Of a stretch of DNA of 32,000 bases, positions 22,535 to 32,000 are shown piece after piece. Source of the DNA: Trichlorobacter lovleyi SZ. Lineage in GTDB: Bacteria; Desulfobacterota; Desulfuromonadia; Geobacterales; Pseudopelobacteraceae. Each line of letters opens with the position of its first letter. Position 1 is the stretch's first letter. The notes beneath the pieces are model-generated. The model saw nothing but the letters and a program-made list of their open reading frames with translations, ran no database searches and was not told the origin of the DNA. The stretch is from assembly GCF_000020385.1 (NCBI RefSeq), contig NC_010814.1, positions 1,230,001 through 1,262,000 of the forward strand, read 5' to 3'. The position numbers and the translations under genes are program-made.

Positions 22535-23206
22535 ATGCGTAAAGCAGTCATTCTCTATAGCTCTGGTCTTGATTCAACCACCTGCCTCGCCATTGCCCGG
22601 GACCAGGGTTTTGCCCCCTATGCCATCAGTTTTGATTATGGCCAGCGCCACCGTCATGAACTTGATCTGGCTCGCGCCAATGCCAGGAAGCTGGGGGCTG
22701 TCGAGCACCTGGTGGTGGCCTTTGATCTGCGCCAGGTGGGAGGCAGCGCCCTGACCAGCGAGATTGATGTGCCTAAAGAGGGGGTCGCTGACGATATCCC
22801 GGTGACCTATGTGCCGGCCCGCAATACCATCTTCCTTTCCTTTGCCCTGGGCTGGGCAGAGGTGCTGGGGGCCTATGATATCTTCATCGGCGTAAACGCC
22901 CTGGACTATTCCGGCTACCCCGACTGTCGTCCCGAGTATATTGATGCCTACCAACGGATGGCCAACCTGGCCACCAAGGCCGGGGTAGAAGGTACCGGTC
23001 ATTTTACTATCCATACCCCCTTAATCAATCTGACCAAGGCAGAAATTATCAAACAAGGCACTGCATTGGGGGTTGATTACAGTCAAACTCATTCCTGTTA
23101 CGATCCAACCCCAGATGGTCTGTCCTGTGGTCAATGTGATTCGTGTCGCTTACGTCTCAAAGGGTTCAGTGAAGCTGGGTTGCGTGACCCATTACGGTAC
23201 GCCTGA
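22535..23206 (+). CDS. queC: 7-cyano-7-deazaguanine synthase
   Basis: [15 protein letters not shown]-loop. C-terminal zinc motif [20 protein letters not shown]. Trimmed to ATG 22535. Confidence 0.9.
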   Translation: MRKAVILYSSGLDSTTCLAIARDQGFAPYAISFDYGQRHRHELDLARANARKLGAVEHLVVAFDLRQVGGSALTSEIDVPKEGVADDIPVTYVPARNTIFLSFALGWAEVLGAYDIFIGVNALDYSGYPDCRPEYIDAYQRMANLATKAGVEGTGHFTIHTPLINLTKAEIIKQGTALGVDYSQTHSCYDPTPDGLSCGQCDSCRLRLKGFSEAGLRDPLRYA

Positions 23207-23231
23207 AAAATAATCCTATAAAAAGCATTTG

Positions 23232-23369
23232 AAACACTGAGCAACAGAGCAACAGAGTAACACCACTAAAAAACAACGGGAAAAATCATGTTCAAAGACT
23301 CACCATCCTGGTTAAGCCATCTATTTCTGTAACATCTTGATTTCTCTGTTGCTCCGTTGCTCTGTGTTT
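23232..23369. repeat. Long inverted repeat (element C): 26-nt arms, 24/26 complementary, 86-nt spacer
   Basis: AAACACTGAGCAACAGAGCAACAGAG (23232-23257) against the reverse complement of CTCTGTTGCTCCGTTGCTCTGTGTTT (23344-23369). Each arm contains a tandem GCAACAGAG unit. Confidence 0.6.
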
Positions 23370-23490
23370 TGTGAACTGCCGTTTTCAGCATAATCCCTTT
23401 GTTTGTGCGTGAATCGTTGTTTTAATTCCGTAATTTTAAAAGTGATTACAGGATGTTTCGTAATATCAAAATATATGTATTGAGATATTT

Positions 23491-23507
23491 AAGACCAAGT
23501 TGGTCTT
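23491..23507. promoter_or_regulatory. 17-bp palindrome AAGACCAA-G-TTGGTCTT upstream of cydAB
   Basis: Perfect 8-bp arms around one central nt, 83 nt upstream of the cydA ATG in an AT-rich promoter-like region. Confidence 0.35.
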
Positions 23508-23589
23508 TTTGTGCTTGATTTTTCAAAAAGTCCGAGTACACTTCTGCGTGGCGGCACAATGACCGCCTGACTACCCATAAGGAGGAAGC

Positions 23590-24936
23590 ATGGACATCGT
23601 TGCCCTCAGCCGACTGCAGTTCGCAGTCACCACCATGTTCCACTTCATTTTCGTCCCGCTCACATTAGGTCTTTCTGTTTTAACTGCCTGGTTTGAAACC
23701 AGATATGTACAGACCGGTGACGAAACCTACCTGCGGATGACCAAGTTCTGGGGAAAGTTGTTCCTGATTAACTTTGCCCTGGGCGTGGTCACCGGCATTA
23801 CCCAGGAGTTCCAGTTCGGTATGAACTGGGCCGAGTACTCCCGCTACGTGGGTGATATCTTTGGAGCGCCACTGGCCATTGAGGCGACTGCTGCCTTCTT
23901 CCTTGAGTCGGTCTTTATCGGTGTCTGGATCTTCGGATGGGACAAACTCTCCAAGAAGGCTCATGCCACTACCATGTGTCTGGCAGCCTTCGGTACCAAC
24001 TTTTCTGCTCTCTGGATTCTGATAGCCAACGGCTGGATGCAGAAACCGGTGGGGTTTGTGTTGCGTAACGGCAGGGCAGAAATGAATGATTTTCTTGCTA
24101 TTGTCACAAACCCGTATGCCTGGTTCAAGTTCCTGCATACGGTAACATCGGGTTATGTATTGGCAGGTTTTTTTGTGATGGGGATTGCTGCCTGGCACTT
24201 GCTTAAGAAAAATGAGGTTGACTTCTTTGTCTGTTCCTTCAAAAACGCCGCAGTATTTGCCTTTATTTCCAGTATTGCAGTTGCTGCCACCGGTGACTTC
24301 CATGCTGTAGAGATTGCCAAGGTACAACCTACCAAGTTTGCTGCAATGGAATCGGTTTGGGAAACTCAGAAAGGTGCCCCAATGCACCTGATGTTATGGC
24401 CCGATGAGGCTAACGAGCGTAATGCGGTTGCAACTGCCTCGGTACCTGGCGCACTCAGTTTCCTGGCCTTTCACGATGCTAATGCAGAGGTCAAGGGACT
24501 CAAAGATTTTCCCAAGGACGAGCGTCCTCCGGTGCTGCCGGTATTCCTGAGTTTCCGTATTATGGCCGGACTTGGTACGCTGATTATCGGTCTATCACTA
24601 CTGGCGGTTATCATGCCTCGCTGGAAGGGGTTTGTTGATTTCAAGATCTTCCTGTTTATCATGATTGCAGCTATTCCACTTCCCTACCTTGCCATACAGC
24701 TGGGGTGGTTGGTCGCTGAGTTGGGGCGTCAACCCTGGGCTGTCTATGGTGTCATGAAAACTGCGGTCGGTGTATCAAAATCAGTAACCTCCTTGCAGGT
24801 ATTGGGATCACTGCTTGGTTATACCGCCCTGTATGGCCTGCTGGGCGCCATTGACATCTATCTGCTGGTCAAATACGCAAAACTGGGGCCAGAAAAAAGT
24901 CACGCCGGCATGATTACGGCAAAGGAGGTGGCATAA
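23590..24936 (+). CDS. cydA: Cytochrome bd-type quinol oxidase subunit I
   Basis: AAGGAGGA RBS. MDIVALSRLQFAVTTMFHFIFVPLTLG N-terminus and GWLVAELGRQPW motif, both typical of CydA. Confidence 0.9.
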   Translation: MDIVALSRLQFAVTTMFHFIFVPLTLGLSVLTAWFETRYVQTGDETYLRMTKFWGKLFLINFALGVVTGITQEFQFGMNWAEYSRYVGDIFGAPLAIEATAAFFLESVFIGVWIFGWDKLSKKAHATTMCLAAFGTNFSALWILIANGWMQKPVGFVLRNGRAEMNDFLAIVTNPYAWFKFLHTVTSGYVLAGFFVMGIAAWHLLKKNEVDFFVCSFKNAAVFAFISSIAVAATGDFHAVEIAKVQPTKFAAMESVWETQKGAPMHLMLWPDEANERNAVATASVPGALSFLAFHDANAEVKGLKDFPKDERPPVLPVFLSFRIMAGLGTLIIGLSLLAVIMPRWKGFVDFKIFLFIMIAAIPLPYLAIQLGWLVAELGRQPWAVYGVMKTAVGVSKSVTSLQVLGSLLGYTALYGLLGAIDIYLLVKYAKLGPEKSHAGMITAKEVA

Positions 24937-24937
24937 C

Positions 24938-25969
24938 ATGGAAATGCTGCAAATTACCTGGTTCGTGCTCTGGGCAGTGCTCTGGTCTGTCTATTTCATG
25001 CTGGATGGCTTCGTGTTTGGTGTCGGTTTTCTTTCCGGCCTCATTGCCAAGAATGATACGGAAAAGCGGATTCTGATCAACTCGATCGGTCCGGTCTGGG
25101 ACGGTAACGAGGTCTGGTTGCTGACCGCTGGAGGGGCTACCTTTGCGGCTTTCCCCACCACCTATGCCTTGATGTTCAGCTACCTCTACACCGCGTTGTT
25201 GTTGCTGCTGTTTTCCTTGATTGTTCGCGGAGTCTCCTTTGAGTTCCGTGGCAAGATCGACAGCCCTGTCTGGAAGAGCAGCTGGGATACCGCCATCATC
25301 GTTTCCAGCTTCCTGCCTGCGCTGCTGTTCGGTGTAGCCTTCGGTAACATCTTTAAGGGGCTACCGATGGATGCTGCCGGTTATCACGGCGGACTGATTT
25401 CGCTGCTGAATCCCTACGGTATCGTTACCGGCCTGTTGTTTGTGCTGTTGTTTGCCGTACATGGCGCCCTGTATGCCACCGTTAAGACCGTTGGCGATCT
25501 CTCCAGCCGAGCCTTTAACCTGGCTAAGCTGCTCTGGATTCCGCTGCTGCTGATTGCGGTGGTGTTCCTGGGCTATACCGCCTATGCCACCAAGCTGTAT
25601 GACAACTACCTGAAGGTTCCGGTGCTGTTTATTGCCCCTGCAGTAGCTGTTCTGGCAATGGTGGCAACCTACTTCTTCATGCTCAAGAATGCAGCGCTGA
25701 AGGCCTTCACCGCTTCCTGTATCACCATCGTCTTTGTCTGTGTAACCGGTGTTGCTGGTCTGTTTCCGAACCTGATTCCATCGAATCTTGACCCGGCATT
25801 CAGTCTGACCATCTTCAACTCGTCATCCAGTCAGTACACCCTGGCTATTATGACGGTGGTGGCCGGTATCTTCGTGCCAACGGTTATCCTCTACAAGATC
25901 TGGGCCTATCGTGTCTTCAGGGCTCCGGTTACCGAGAAGGACGTACTGGAAAACAGCGAAGCCTACTAA
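24938..25969 (+). CDS. cydB: Cytochrome bd-type quinol oxidase subunit II
   Basis: Starts 1 nt after the cydA stop. LDGFVFGVGFL and WDGNEVWLL motifs. Confidence 0.9.
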   Translation: MEMLQITWFVLWAVLWSVYFMLDGFVFGVGFLSGLIAKNDTEKRILINSIGPVWDGNEVWLLTAGGATFAAFPTTYALMFSYLYTALLLLLFSLIVRGVSFEFRGKIDSPVWKSSWDTAIIVSSFLPALLFGVAFGNIFKGLPMDAAGYHGGLISLLNPYGIVTGLLFVLLFAVHGALYATVKTVGDLSSRAFNLAKLLWIPLLLIAVVFLGYTAYATKLYDNYLKVPVLFIAPAVAVLAMVATYFFMLKNAALKAFTASCITIVFVCVTGVAGLFPNLIPSNLDPAFSLTIFNSSSSQYTLAIMTVVAGIFVPTVILYKIWAYRVFRAPVTEKDVLENSEAY

Positions 25970-25989
25970 GCTGCTTGAATGATGCACAC

Positions 25990-26023
25990 AAAAAGGCCGA
26001 CCCTGGAAAGGGCCGGCCTTTTT
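25990..26023. terminator. Bidirectional rho-independent terminator between cydB and pta
   Basis: AAAAA-GGCCGACCC-TGGAAA-GGGCCGGCC-TTTTT. Confidence 0.75.
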
Positions 26024-26051
26024 GTTGTTGCATTGGCGTGTTAATTAAAAC

Positions 26052-27053
26052 TTACGCACCGGCCTGAACCGCCGTGATTGCTACGACATTCACAATATCG
26101 TCGACCGAACAGCCGCGGGAAAGGTCATTGACCGGCTTGGCCAGGCCCTGGATGATCGGACCGACCGCTTCGGCACCAGCCACCCGCTCCACCAGCTTGT
26201 AGGCGATGTTACCGGCATCCAGGTCAGGGAAGATCAGCACGTTGGCCTTGCCTGCCACCGGGCTGCCCGGTGCCTTTTTCTCGCCAACCTTGGGCAGCAG
26301 GGCGGCATCAGCCTGCAGCTCGCCATCGATCTGGATATCAGGCTTGATGGTCTTGGCAATTTCGGCTGCCTTGGTGACCTTGTCCACATCGGCATGGGCC
26401 GCGCTGCCCTTGGTGGAGAAGGAGAGCATGCCCACCCGAGCCTCAACATCCAGAAAGGCCTTGCAGTTGCCGGCCGTGGCAACGGCGATCTCGGCCAGGG
26501 CCTGGGCGTCCGGGTTGGGGTTCACGGCACAGTCGGCAAACAGGATGATGCCGTTTTCACCGAAGGAAGGAGTCTTGGTGATCATCAGGAAGAAGGATGA
26601 TACCGTCTTGATCCCGGCAGCAGGCCCCACGGTCTGGAAGGCCGCCTTCAGCACATTGCCGGTGGTGCCGGTGGCACCGGCCACTTCACCGCCAGCGTCA
26701 CCGTTGCGTACCATCATGCCGGCATAGTACAGGTTGTCATCGGCAGTCAGCAGCTTCTTTGCCTCTTCAGCGGTCATTCCCTTTGATTTGCGCAGTTCAA
26801 CAAAGTCTGCGATGTACTGGTCAAGCTTGGGGGAATCGGCCGGGTTCAGCAGTTCCACACCGGCCAGATTGATCCCCTTGGCAGCGGCTTCGGCCTGGAT
26901 CTTGGCAGGGTCGCCCAGAATCACCAGCTTTGCCAGCCCCTCGGCAACAATTTTTTCAGCGGCATACAGCATCCGTTCATCGTAACTTTCCGGCAGTACC
27001 ACAGTCTGCAGATTCTTCTGTGCCTTCTGCTTAATCTGGTCAACAAGATGCAT
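26052..27053 (-). CDS. pta: Phosphate acetyltransferase
   Basis: 333 aa. VVLPESYDERMLYAAEKIV, the SFFLM...ADCAVNPNP region and GPIIQGLAKPVNDLSRGCS, typical of Pta. Confidence 0.9.
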   Translation of the reverse strand: MHLVDQIKQKAQKNLQTVVLPESYDERMLYAAEKIVAEGLAKLVILGDPAKIQAEAAAKGINLAGVELLNPADSPKLDQYIADFVELRKSKGMTAEEAKKLLTADDNLYYAGMMVRNGDAGGEVAGATGTTGNVLKAAFQTVGPAAGIKTVSSFFLMITKTPSFGENGIILFADCAVNPNPDAQALAEIAVATAGNCKAFLDVEARVGMLSFSTKGSAAHADVDKVTKAAEIAKTIKPDIQIDGELQADAALLPKVGEKKAPGSPVAGKANVLIFPDLDAGNIAYKLVERVAGAEAVGPIIQGLAKPVNDLSRGCSVDDIVNVVAITAVQAGA

Positions 27054-27121
27054 TGTTCTTCCTCCCTCTTAAAAATAAAACAAGTTTTTGCTAGATACCT
27101 GAATGGGCCCTGATCGTCAAC

Positions 27122-27147
27122 AAAAAAAGCCGCTGAAACGCGGCTTT
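27122..27147 (-). terminator. Rho-independent terminator after trpB
   Basis: Minus strand AAAGCCGC-GUUUCA-GCGGCUUU, with the U-tract continuing. Confidence 0.7.
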
Positions 27148-27176
27148 AGTTTGGCTGAAACAGGTATAAAACCAGA

Positions 27177-28367
27177 TTAAAATTTTACGCCCAAGGCATC
27201 GGCAACGGTATGGATATCCTTGTCGCCACGACCTGAGAGACAGACCACAATGGTCTGGTCCTTGGACATGCCGGGAGCCAGTTTGAGGGTGTGGGCGATG
27301 GCGTGGGAGGATTCCAGGGCCGGCATGATCCCTTCTTCACGGGTCAGACGCTGGAACGCCTCCAGTGCCTCATCGTCGGTGATCGAGACATACTCGGCCC
27401 GGCCGGTGTCCTTGAGCCAGGCATGTTCCGGGCCGACGCCGGGGTAGTCCAGGCCGGCGGAAATGGAGTGGGCATTGGCGACCTGTCCGTGGGTGTCCTG
27501 CAGCAGGTAGCTGCGCTGACCATGCAGGATACCGGGGCGACCGGCGCAGAGTGGCGCCGCATGGGCACCGGAGGCAATGCCGTGCCCGGCTGCCTCAACA
27601 CCGATCAGGCGGACGCCGCTATCCTTCAGGAAGGGGTAGAACAGCCCCATGGCGTTACTGCCGCCGCCAACGCAGGCCACCAGGGCATCCGGCAGGCGGC
27701 CTTCGACCTTCTTGTGCTGCTTCTTGGCCTCAATGCCGATCACCGACTGAAAGTCACGCACCATCACCGGGTAGGGATGGGGACCGGCTACGGTGCCGAT
27801 CACATAAAACGTGGTACGGATGTTGGTAACCCAGTCCCGCAGCGCCTCGTTCATGGCATCCTTGAGGGTGGCAGTGCCGGCAGTCACCGGATTGACGGTG
27901 GCCCCCAGCAGCTTCATCCGGAAGACGTTCAGTGCCTGACGCCGGATATCCTCAGCACCCATGAACACCTCGCACTGCATGCCGAACAGGGCGGCAATGG
28001 TGGCGGTGGCCACGCCGTGCTGACCGGCACCGGTCTCGGCGATCACCCGCTCTTTTTTCATCCGTTTGGCAAGCAGTCCCTGGCCGATGGTGTTGTTGAC
28101 CTTGTGGGCTCCGGTATGGTTCAGGTCTTCACGCTTCAGGTAGATCTTCGCGCCGCCAAGCTGTTTGGTCAGTTTCTCGGCAAAGTAGAGCGGCGAAGGA
28201 CGGCCCACATATTCCCGCAGGTAGTACTGAAACTCCTGCTTAAATTCGCGGTCATTCTTATAGTGAGCATAGGCCTCTTCCAGCTCCTTCAGGGCAGGCA
28301 TCAGGGTTTCAGGCACATAGCGTCCGCCGTGGATACCGAAGTGGCCGTGTTTATCGGGTTGTTTCAT
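27177..28367 (-). CDS. trpB: Tryptophan synthase beta chain (TrpB1 type)
   Basis: [21 protein letters not shown] and GGGSNAMG motifs. 396 aa. Confidence 0.9.
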   Translation of the reverse strand: MKQPDKHGHFGIHGGRYVPETLMPALKELEEAYAHYKNDREFKQEFQYYLREYVGRPSPLYFAEKLTKQLGGAKIYLKREDLNHTGAHKVNNTIGQGLLAKRMKKERVIAETGAGQHGVATATIAALFGMQCEVFMGAEDIRRQALNVFRMKLLGATVNPVTAGTATLKDAMNEALRDWVTNIRTTFYVIGTVAGPHPYPVMVRDFQSVIGIEAKKQHKKVEGRLPDALVACVGGGSNAMGLFYPFLKDSGVRLIGVEAAGHGIASGAHAAPLCAGRPGILHGQRSYLLQDTHGQVANAHSISAGLDYPGVGPEHAWLKDTGRAEYVSITDDEALEAFQRLTREEGIMPALESSHAIAHTLKLAPGMSKDQTIVVCLSGRGDKDIHTVADALGVKF

Positions 28368-28984
28368 TATAAGGCTTCCTTTGCATTGCGTATAAACTCT
28401 CGTACCTTGTCTGCATCTTTTCTGCCGGGTGCTGATTCCACGCCGCTGGAGACATCAACGGCATAGGGACGTACCTGGCGGATCGCCTCAGCCACGTTGT
28501 CCGGGGTCAGCCCGCCCGCCAGTACAATCCGGTGGCCACGTGTCATCGCCTCACGGGCGATCTCCCAGTTAAAGCTCTTGCCGGTGCCGCCATAGAATGA
28601 GGGTGAATAGGCATCCAGCAGGCAACCGGACATACGGTAGTCGGCGATCGGATCAAGACAGGTCAGGGAACGGACCCGAAAGGCCTTCATGACCCGCTGC
28701 TCAATCTTTCTGCAGTAGTCCGGTGTCTCGTCGCCATGCAACTGCACCAGTCCCAGCCTGCAGTTGCGGCTGACCTGGTTGACGATTTCCGGCGCCTCGT
28801 TCACGAACAGCCCCACTGCCTGCACAAAGGGGGGCAGCAGGTTGATGATCCGGGCCGCCTCTTCAGGGAAGATATGGCGGGGGGATTCCTTGTAAAAGAC
28901 AAACCCCAAGGCATCCGCGCCCGCTTCAACGGCGGTCAGGGCATCCTCGGGGCTGGTTATGCCACAGATTTTTACTTTGATCAT
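28367..28984 (-). CDS. trpF: Phosphoribosylanthranilate isomerase
   Basis: [11 protein letters not shown]...GADALGFVF...LHGDE...[10 protein letters not shown] pattern. 1-nt overlap with trpB (TAATG). Confidence 0.9.
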   Translation of the reverse strand: MIKVKICGITSPEDALTAVEAGADALGFVFYKESPRHIFPEEAARIINLLPPFVQAVGLFVNEAPEIVNQVSRNCRLGLVQLHGDETPDYCRKIEQRVMKAFRVRSLTCLDPIADYRMSGCLLDAYSPSFYGGTGKSFNWEIAREAMTRGHRIVLAGGLTPDNVAEAIRQVRPYAVDVSSGVESAPGRKDADKVREFIRNAKEAL

Positions 28985-29000
28985 AGAAACACCAGATGAA

Positions 29001-29041
29001 GGTTAAGGTTGAGGTTAAGGAAATTGCTCAACCTTAACCTC
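29001..29041. repeat. Intercistronic hairpin built from tandem GGTTAAGG/GGTTGAGG units, able to fold in two alternative registers
   Basis: GGTTAAGGTTGAG (29001-29013) pairs with CTCAACCTTAACC (29027-29039). Alternatively GAGGTTAAGG (29011-29020) pairs with CCTTAACCTC (29032-29041). Lies between the trpB2 stop and the trpF start. Confidence 0.6.
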
Positions 29042-29050
29042 GATCTCAAC

Positions 29051-30406
29051 CTAGAGTTTCACCTTCGGCAGATGCTTTAATGACTCCTGCACCATCTCTG
29101 CCGGATACTCGTAGTCTTCCAGGTTGCCGGCCAGGTAGTTGTCATAGGCGGTCATATCCATGAAGCCGTGGCCGGACAGGTTGAACAGGATGGTCCGTTC
29201 CTTGCCCTCTTCCTTGGCCAGCAGCGCCTCATCAATGGCTGCCCTGACGGCGTGGGATGATTCCGGCGCCGGTACAATCCCCTCGTTCTTGGCAAACAGC
29301 AGGGCCCCTTCAAAGCAGGCGGTCTGCATCAGGGAACGGGCCTCGATCAGGCCGGCTGCATAGAGTTGGGAAACCAGCGGAGACTCGCCGTGGTAGCGCA
29401 GACCACCGGCATGGATGCCGGGCGGCATGAAGTCATGGCCCAGGGTGTACATCTTGGCAATCGGTCCCAGCTTGGCGGTGTCGCCGTAGTCAAAGTCATA
29501 GACACCTTTGGTCAGGGTAGGGCAGGAGGCCGGTTCCACCGCCAGGCAGCGTACCTTTTTGCCATTGGCCTTTTCAGACAGGAACGGGAAGGCCAGACCG
29601 GCGAAGTTGGAGCCGCCGCCGCAGCAGGCGATCACCACATCCGGGTAGTCTCCCACCATCTTGAACTGCTCCAGCGCCTCCAGGCCGATCACGGTCTGAT
29701 GCATGCAGACATGGTTCAGCACGCTGCCCAGGGCATAGTTGGTATCATTGTGGGTAGCGGCATCCTCCACCGCCTCAGAGATGGCCAGTCCGAGGCTGCC
29801 GTTGGAGTCCGGGTTTTCGGCCAGAGCAGCGCGGCCTGCCTCGGTCATTTCAGAGGGGGAGGGGTACACCGTGGCGCCCCACATCTGCATCATGGATTTG
29901 CGGTACGGCTTCTGGAAGTAGGAAACCTTGACCATGTAGACCGTACATTCCAGACCGAACAGGGAACAGGCCAGTGACAGGGAACTGCCCCATTGACCGG
30001 CGCCGGTCTCGGTGGCCAGCCGCTTGATCCCGGCCTGCTTGTTGTAAAAGGCCTGGGGGATAGCCGAGTTAGGCTTGTGTGAGCCGGCCGGTGAGACCCC
30101 TTCGTACTTGTAGTAGATCTTGGCCGGCGTGCCCAGCGCCTTTTCCAGGCGGTGAGCCCGGAACATCGGGGATGGCCGCCACATGGTATAGATGTCACGC
30201 ACCTGCTCAGGGATGTCGATCCAGCGCTGATTGGACATCTCCTGCTCCAGAATGGCAGGCGGAAAGATCGCCAGCAGCTCTTCCGGGGTGACCGGCTCTC
30301 CGGTACGTGGGGAGATAACCGGTGCCAGCGGACCTGGCAGGTCAGGGATGATGTTGTACCATTGGGTGGGGAGTTTATCCTCGGGCAAAATTATCTTTGT
30401 CTGCAT
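29051..30406 (-). CDS. TrpB2-type tryptophan synthase beta-like PLP enzyme
   Basis: ORF trimmed to ATG 30406 (GGAGG upstream). N-terminus [13 protein letters not shown]...; motifs SHKPNSA and [10 protein letters not shown]. 451 aa, longer than TrpB1. Confidence 0.85.
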   Translation of the reverse strand: MQTKIILPEDKLPTQWYNIIPDLPGPLAPVISPRTGEPVTPEELLAIFPPAILEQEMSNQRWIDIPEQVRDIYTMWRPSPMFRAHRLEKALGTPAKIYYKYEGVSPAGSHKPNSAIPQAFYNKQAGIKRLATETGAGQWGSSLSLACSLFGLECTVYMVKVSYFQKPYRKSMMQMWGATVYPSPSEMTEAGRAALAENPDSNGSLGLAISEAVEDAATHNDTNYALGSVLNHVCMHQTVIGLEALEQFKMVGDYPDVVIACCGGGSNFAGLAFPFLSEKANGKKVRCLAVEPASCPTLTKGVYDFDYGDTAKLGPIAKMYTLGHDFMPPGIHAGGLRYHGESPLVSQLYAAGLIEARSLMQTACFEGALLFAKNEGIVPAPESSHAVRAAIDEALLAKEEGKERTILFNLSGHGFMDMTAYDNYLAGNLEDYEYPAEMVQESLKHLPKVKL

Positions 30407-30563
30407 CGATCCTCCGAAGGGAACGGTTCTTTTCCGTCCTGACCACGCCATGCTGTGCCATGTCTTGTGCGGCGTACTGTTCGGTACGCCTCCGCGCCAT
30501 GTCGTGCCTGTCGCACCCAGAACGAAAAACTCCACGTTCCCGCAACAATAAAGTTATTTTAAC

Positions 30564-31883
30564 TTACTCCAGATTGTCCTCAATACGAATCAGGCGGCTC
30601 TTCTCGCTGATAAAGTCAAAGCTGTCGATCTCGGCCAGGGCCGTGCGAATCGCCCCTTCGCGGGCTTCGTGGGTCTTGATCACAATCGGTACGGCCTGCC
30701 CGCCGTTGTGTCGGGCGGTCTGTACCATCGATTCAATGCTGATACCGTTTTTACCCAGTACACCGGCGATGCCGGCCAGTACGCCCGGTTGATCCTGGGC
30801 GGTAAAGCGCAGCATGAAGCTGGTGATGATCTCTTCCATCGGCTTGAGCGGCAGGGTGGTGATGGTGTTGTCCAGAAAACCCAACGGCGCGGATCTGCGG
30901 TTTTGAACACCGGCAGCGATGCTGCGGGAAAGGGCGACAAGGTCTCCCACAATGGCGCTGGCAGTGGGGTTTTGGCCCGCTCCCCGGCCGTAGAACAGTA
31001 CCGGTCCGACAAAGTCACCGGTCAGGTGGATGGCGTTGAAGACGCCGTTCACGTCGGCCAGAGGATTGCGCAGCGGGATCATGGTGGGGTGTACCCGTAC
31101 TTCAAGTTGCCTGTCGTCGGTCAGTTTGCCGATGGCCAGCAGCTTGATCCGGTAGCCGAACTGCTCGGCAAAGCGGATATCAATGCCTGAAATGGCGGTG
31201 ATCCCTTCGGTGTGAATGGCGTTGAAATCGATTTTAGTGCCGAAACAGAGCGAGGCCAGCACCGCCAGCTTGTGGGCCGTATCAACCCCTTCGATGTCAA
31301 AGGTGGGGTCCGGTTCGGCGTAGCCAAGTTCCATGGCACTTTTGAGTACATCCTCAAAATCAGCACCTTCCTGGGTCATGCGGGTCAGGATGTAGTTGCA
31401 GGTACCGTTCATGATACCGAAGACCGAGCTGAAGCGGTTGCCGGACAGATTGCCCTTGATGGCTGACAGGACCGGAATGCCGCCCCCTACCGCTGCCTCA
31501 AACTGGACCTCAACACCTTTACGGGCGGCAGCGGCGTAGATCTCATCACCATGCAGGGCCAGCAGGGCCTTGTTGGCGGTGACCACATGTTTGCCGGCTT
31601 CAATCGCCTTCAGTACAAAGGTCTTGGCCGGTTCATAGCCGCCGATCAGCTCAATCACGATGCTGATCTCGGGATCATTGAAAATCTCATTCACATCGGT
31701 GGTCAGCATGGCTGGATCAACGGAAACTCCGCGATCACTGGTGATATCCAGGTCGGCAATCCGTTTCAGGATAATGCCGCTACCCACCTTCTGTTGTACC
31801 GTTTGCGCATTCTCCTGCAGCAGCCGGACCACGCCTGCACCGATATTGCCAAAGCCGATCAGGCCAACCTTGATCTCATTCAT
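30564..31883 (-). CDS. hom: Homoserine dehydrogenase with C-terminal ACT domain
   Basis: [16 protein letters not shown]-binding N-terminus, central GGIP... region, ACT-like C-terminus. 439 aa. Confidence 0.9.
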   Translation of the reverse strand: MNEIKVGLIGFGNIGAGVVRLLQENAQTVQQKVGSGIILKRIADLDITSDRGVSVDPAMLTTDVNEIFNDPEISIVIELIGGYEPAKTFVLKAIEAGKHVVTANKALLALHGDEIYAAAARKGVEVQFEAAVGGGIPVLSAIKGNLSGNRFSSVFGIMNGTCNYILTRMTQEGADFEDVLKSAMELGYAEPDPTFDIEGVDTAHKLAVLASLCFGTKIDFNAIHTEGITAISGIDIRFAEQFGYRIKLLAIGKLTDDRQLEVRVHPTMIPLRNPLADVNGVFNAIHLTGDFVGPVLFYGRGAGQNPTASAIVGDLVALSRSIAAGVQNRRSAPLGFLDNTITTLPLKPMEEIITSFMLRFTAQDQPGVLAGIAGVLGKNGISIESMVQTARHNGGQAVPIVIKTHEAREGAIRTALAEIDSFDFISEKSRLIRIEDNLE

Positions 31884-32000
31884 TCCGTATCACTCCGCTC
31901 CTCATCCTTGGGGCAGGCCTCCAGCTCATCCAGGATGCCGTTCACAAAGGCGGGAGACTCCTTGTCTCCATATTTCTTGGCGATCTCGATCGCCTCGTTA
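31880..32000 (-). CDS. nusB: 3' end of a transcription antitermination factor NusB-like gene (partial, runs off the window)
   Basis: C-terminal ...[26 protein letters not shown]... The stop overlaps the hom ATG (ATGA). Confidence 0.6.
   Translation of the reverse strand, partial: NEAIEIAKKYGDKESPAFVNGILDELEACPKDEERSDTE

Noticed and set aside
25969-26040. Small ORF after cydB (MMHTKRPTLERAGLFVVALAC) as a CydX-like subunit.
   Set aside because: It overlaps the bidirectional terminator hairpin, has no RBS, and does not resemble the Trp/Tyr-rich single-TM CydX pattern.
29001-29051. CRISPR-like or tandem-repeat array (GGTTAAGG/GGTTGAGG units).
   Set aside because: It has only about 50 nt, no spacers, and repeats of 8-10 nt that form an inverted-repeat hairpin. 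There are no cas genes.
30407-30535. Trp-rich leader peptide (attenuator) in the N-terminal extension of ORF 29051..30535.
   Set aside because: The 43-aa extension has three scattered Trp codons but no tandem Trp pair and no RBS. There is no obvious terminator/antiterminator alternative ending in a U-run. The ATG at 30406 with GGAGG is the natural TrpB2 start.

Overview
This is a moderately GC-rich 32-kb window that reads like a Geobacter/Desulfuromonadales-type chromosome segment. That guess rests on gene content only, because no database search was possible. Left third (+ strand): an octaheme c-type cytochrome, then an ArsR-linked redox and transport island. The island holds a COG0701/ArsP-like permease, a BFD-like 2Fe-2S protein, a Cys-rich protein, a ferredoxin, a small secreted protein, a TGA-recoded AhpD-like gene missing from the ORF track, a cytoplasmic thioredoxin-fold protein, a periplasmic thioredoxin, CcdA, a DUF4405-like membrane protein, a periplasmic rhodanese, ArsR and two CDF transporters. 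An IS110-family element (about 9180-10657) follows the island, and a second TGA-recoded small BFD-like gene lies just beyond it. Middle (- strand): an extHIJKL-like outer-membrane cluster (rhodanese lipoprotein, porin, two small secreted proteins, pentaheme cytochrome) is followed by a Rieske/cytochrome b operon with 12-, 10- and 4-heme cytochromes. Right third: LysR regulator, queC, cydAB, pta, trpB-trpF-trpB2, hom and a partial nusB. Main result: three in-frame TGA codons (4254, 10995, 16900) look like selenocysteine codons. Each sits at a Cys-equivalent or redox-motif position, has coding-quality sequence continuing in frame, and has a hairpin with G/U in the loop 12-22 nt downstream. With three rhodanese-type Cys sites, a CcdA/thioredoxin relay, permease and efflux genes, and Gly-Cys C-terminal tails, the window may hold an envelope-spanning selenium/tellurium (chalcogen) handling system. 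Only the ext part of that is, to my knowledge, described. Several long intergenic palindromic elements and shared operator-like palindromes are also reported. All family names come from motif recognition and memory, not from searches.
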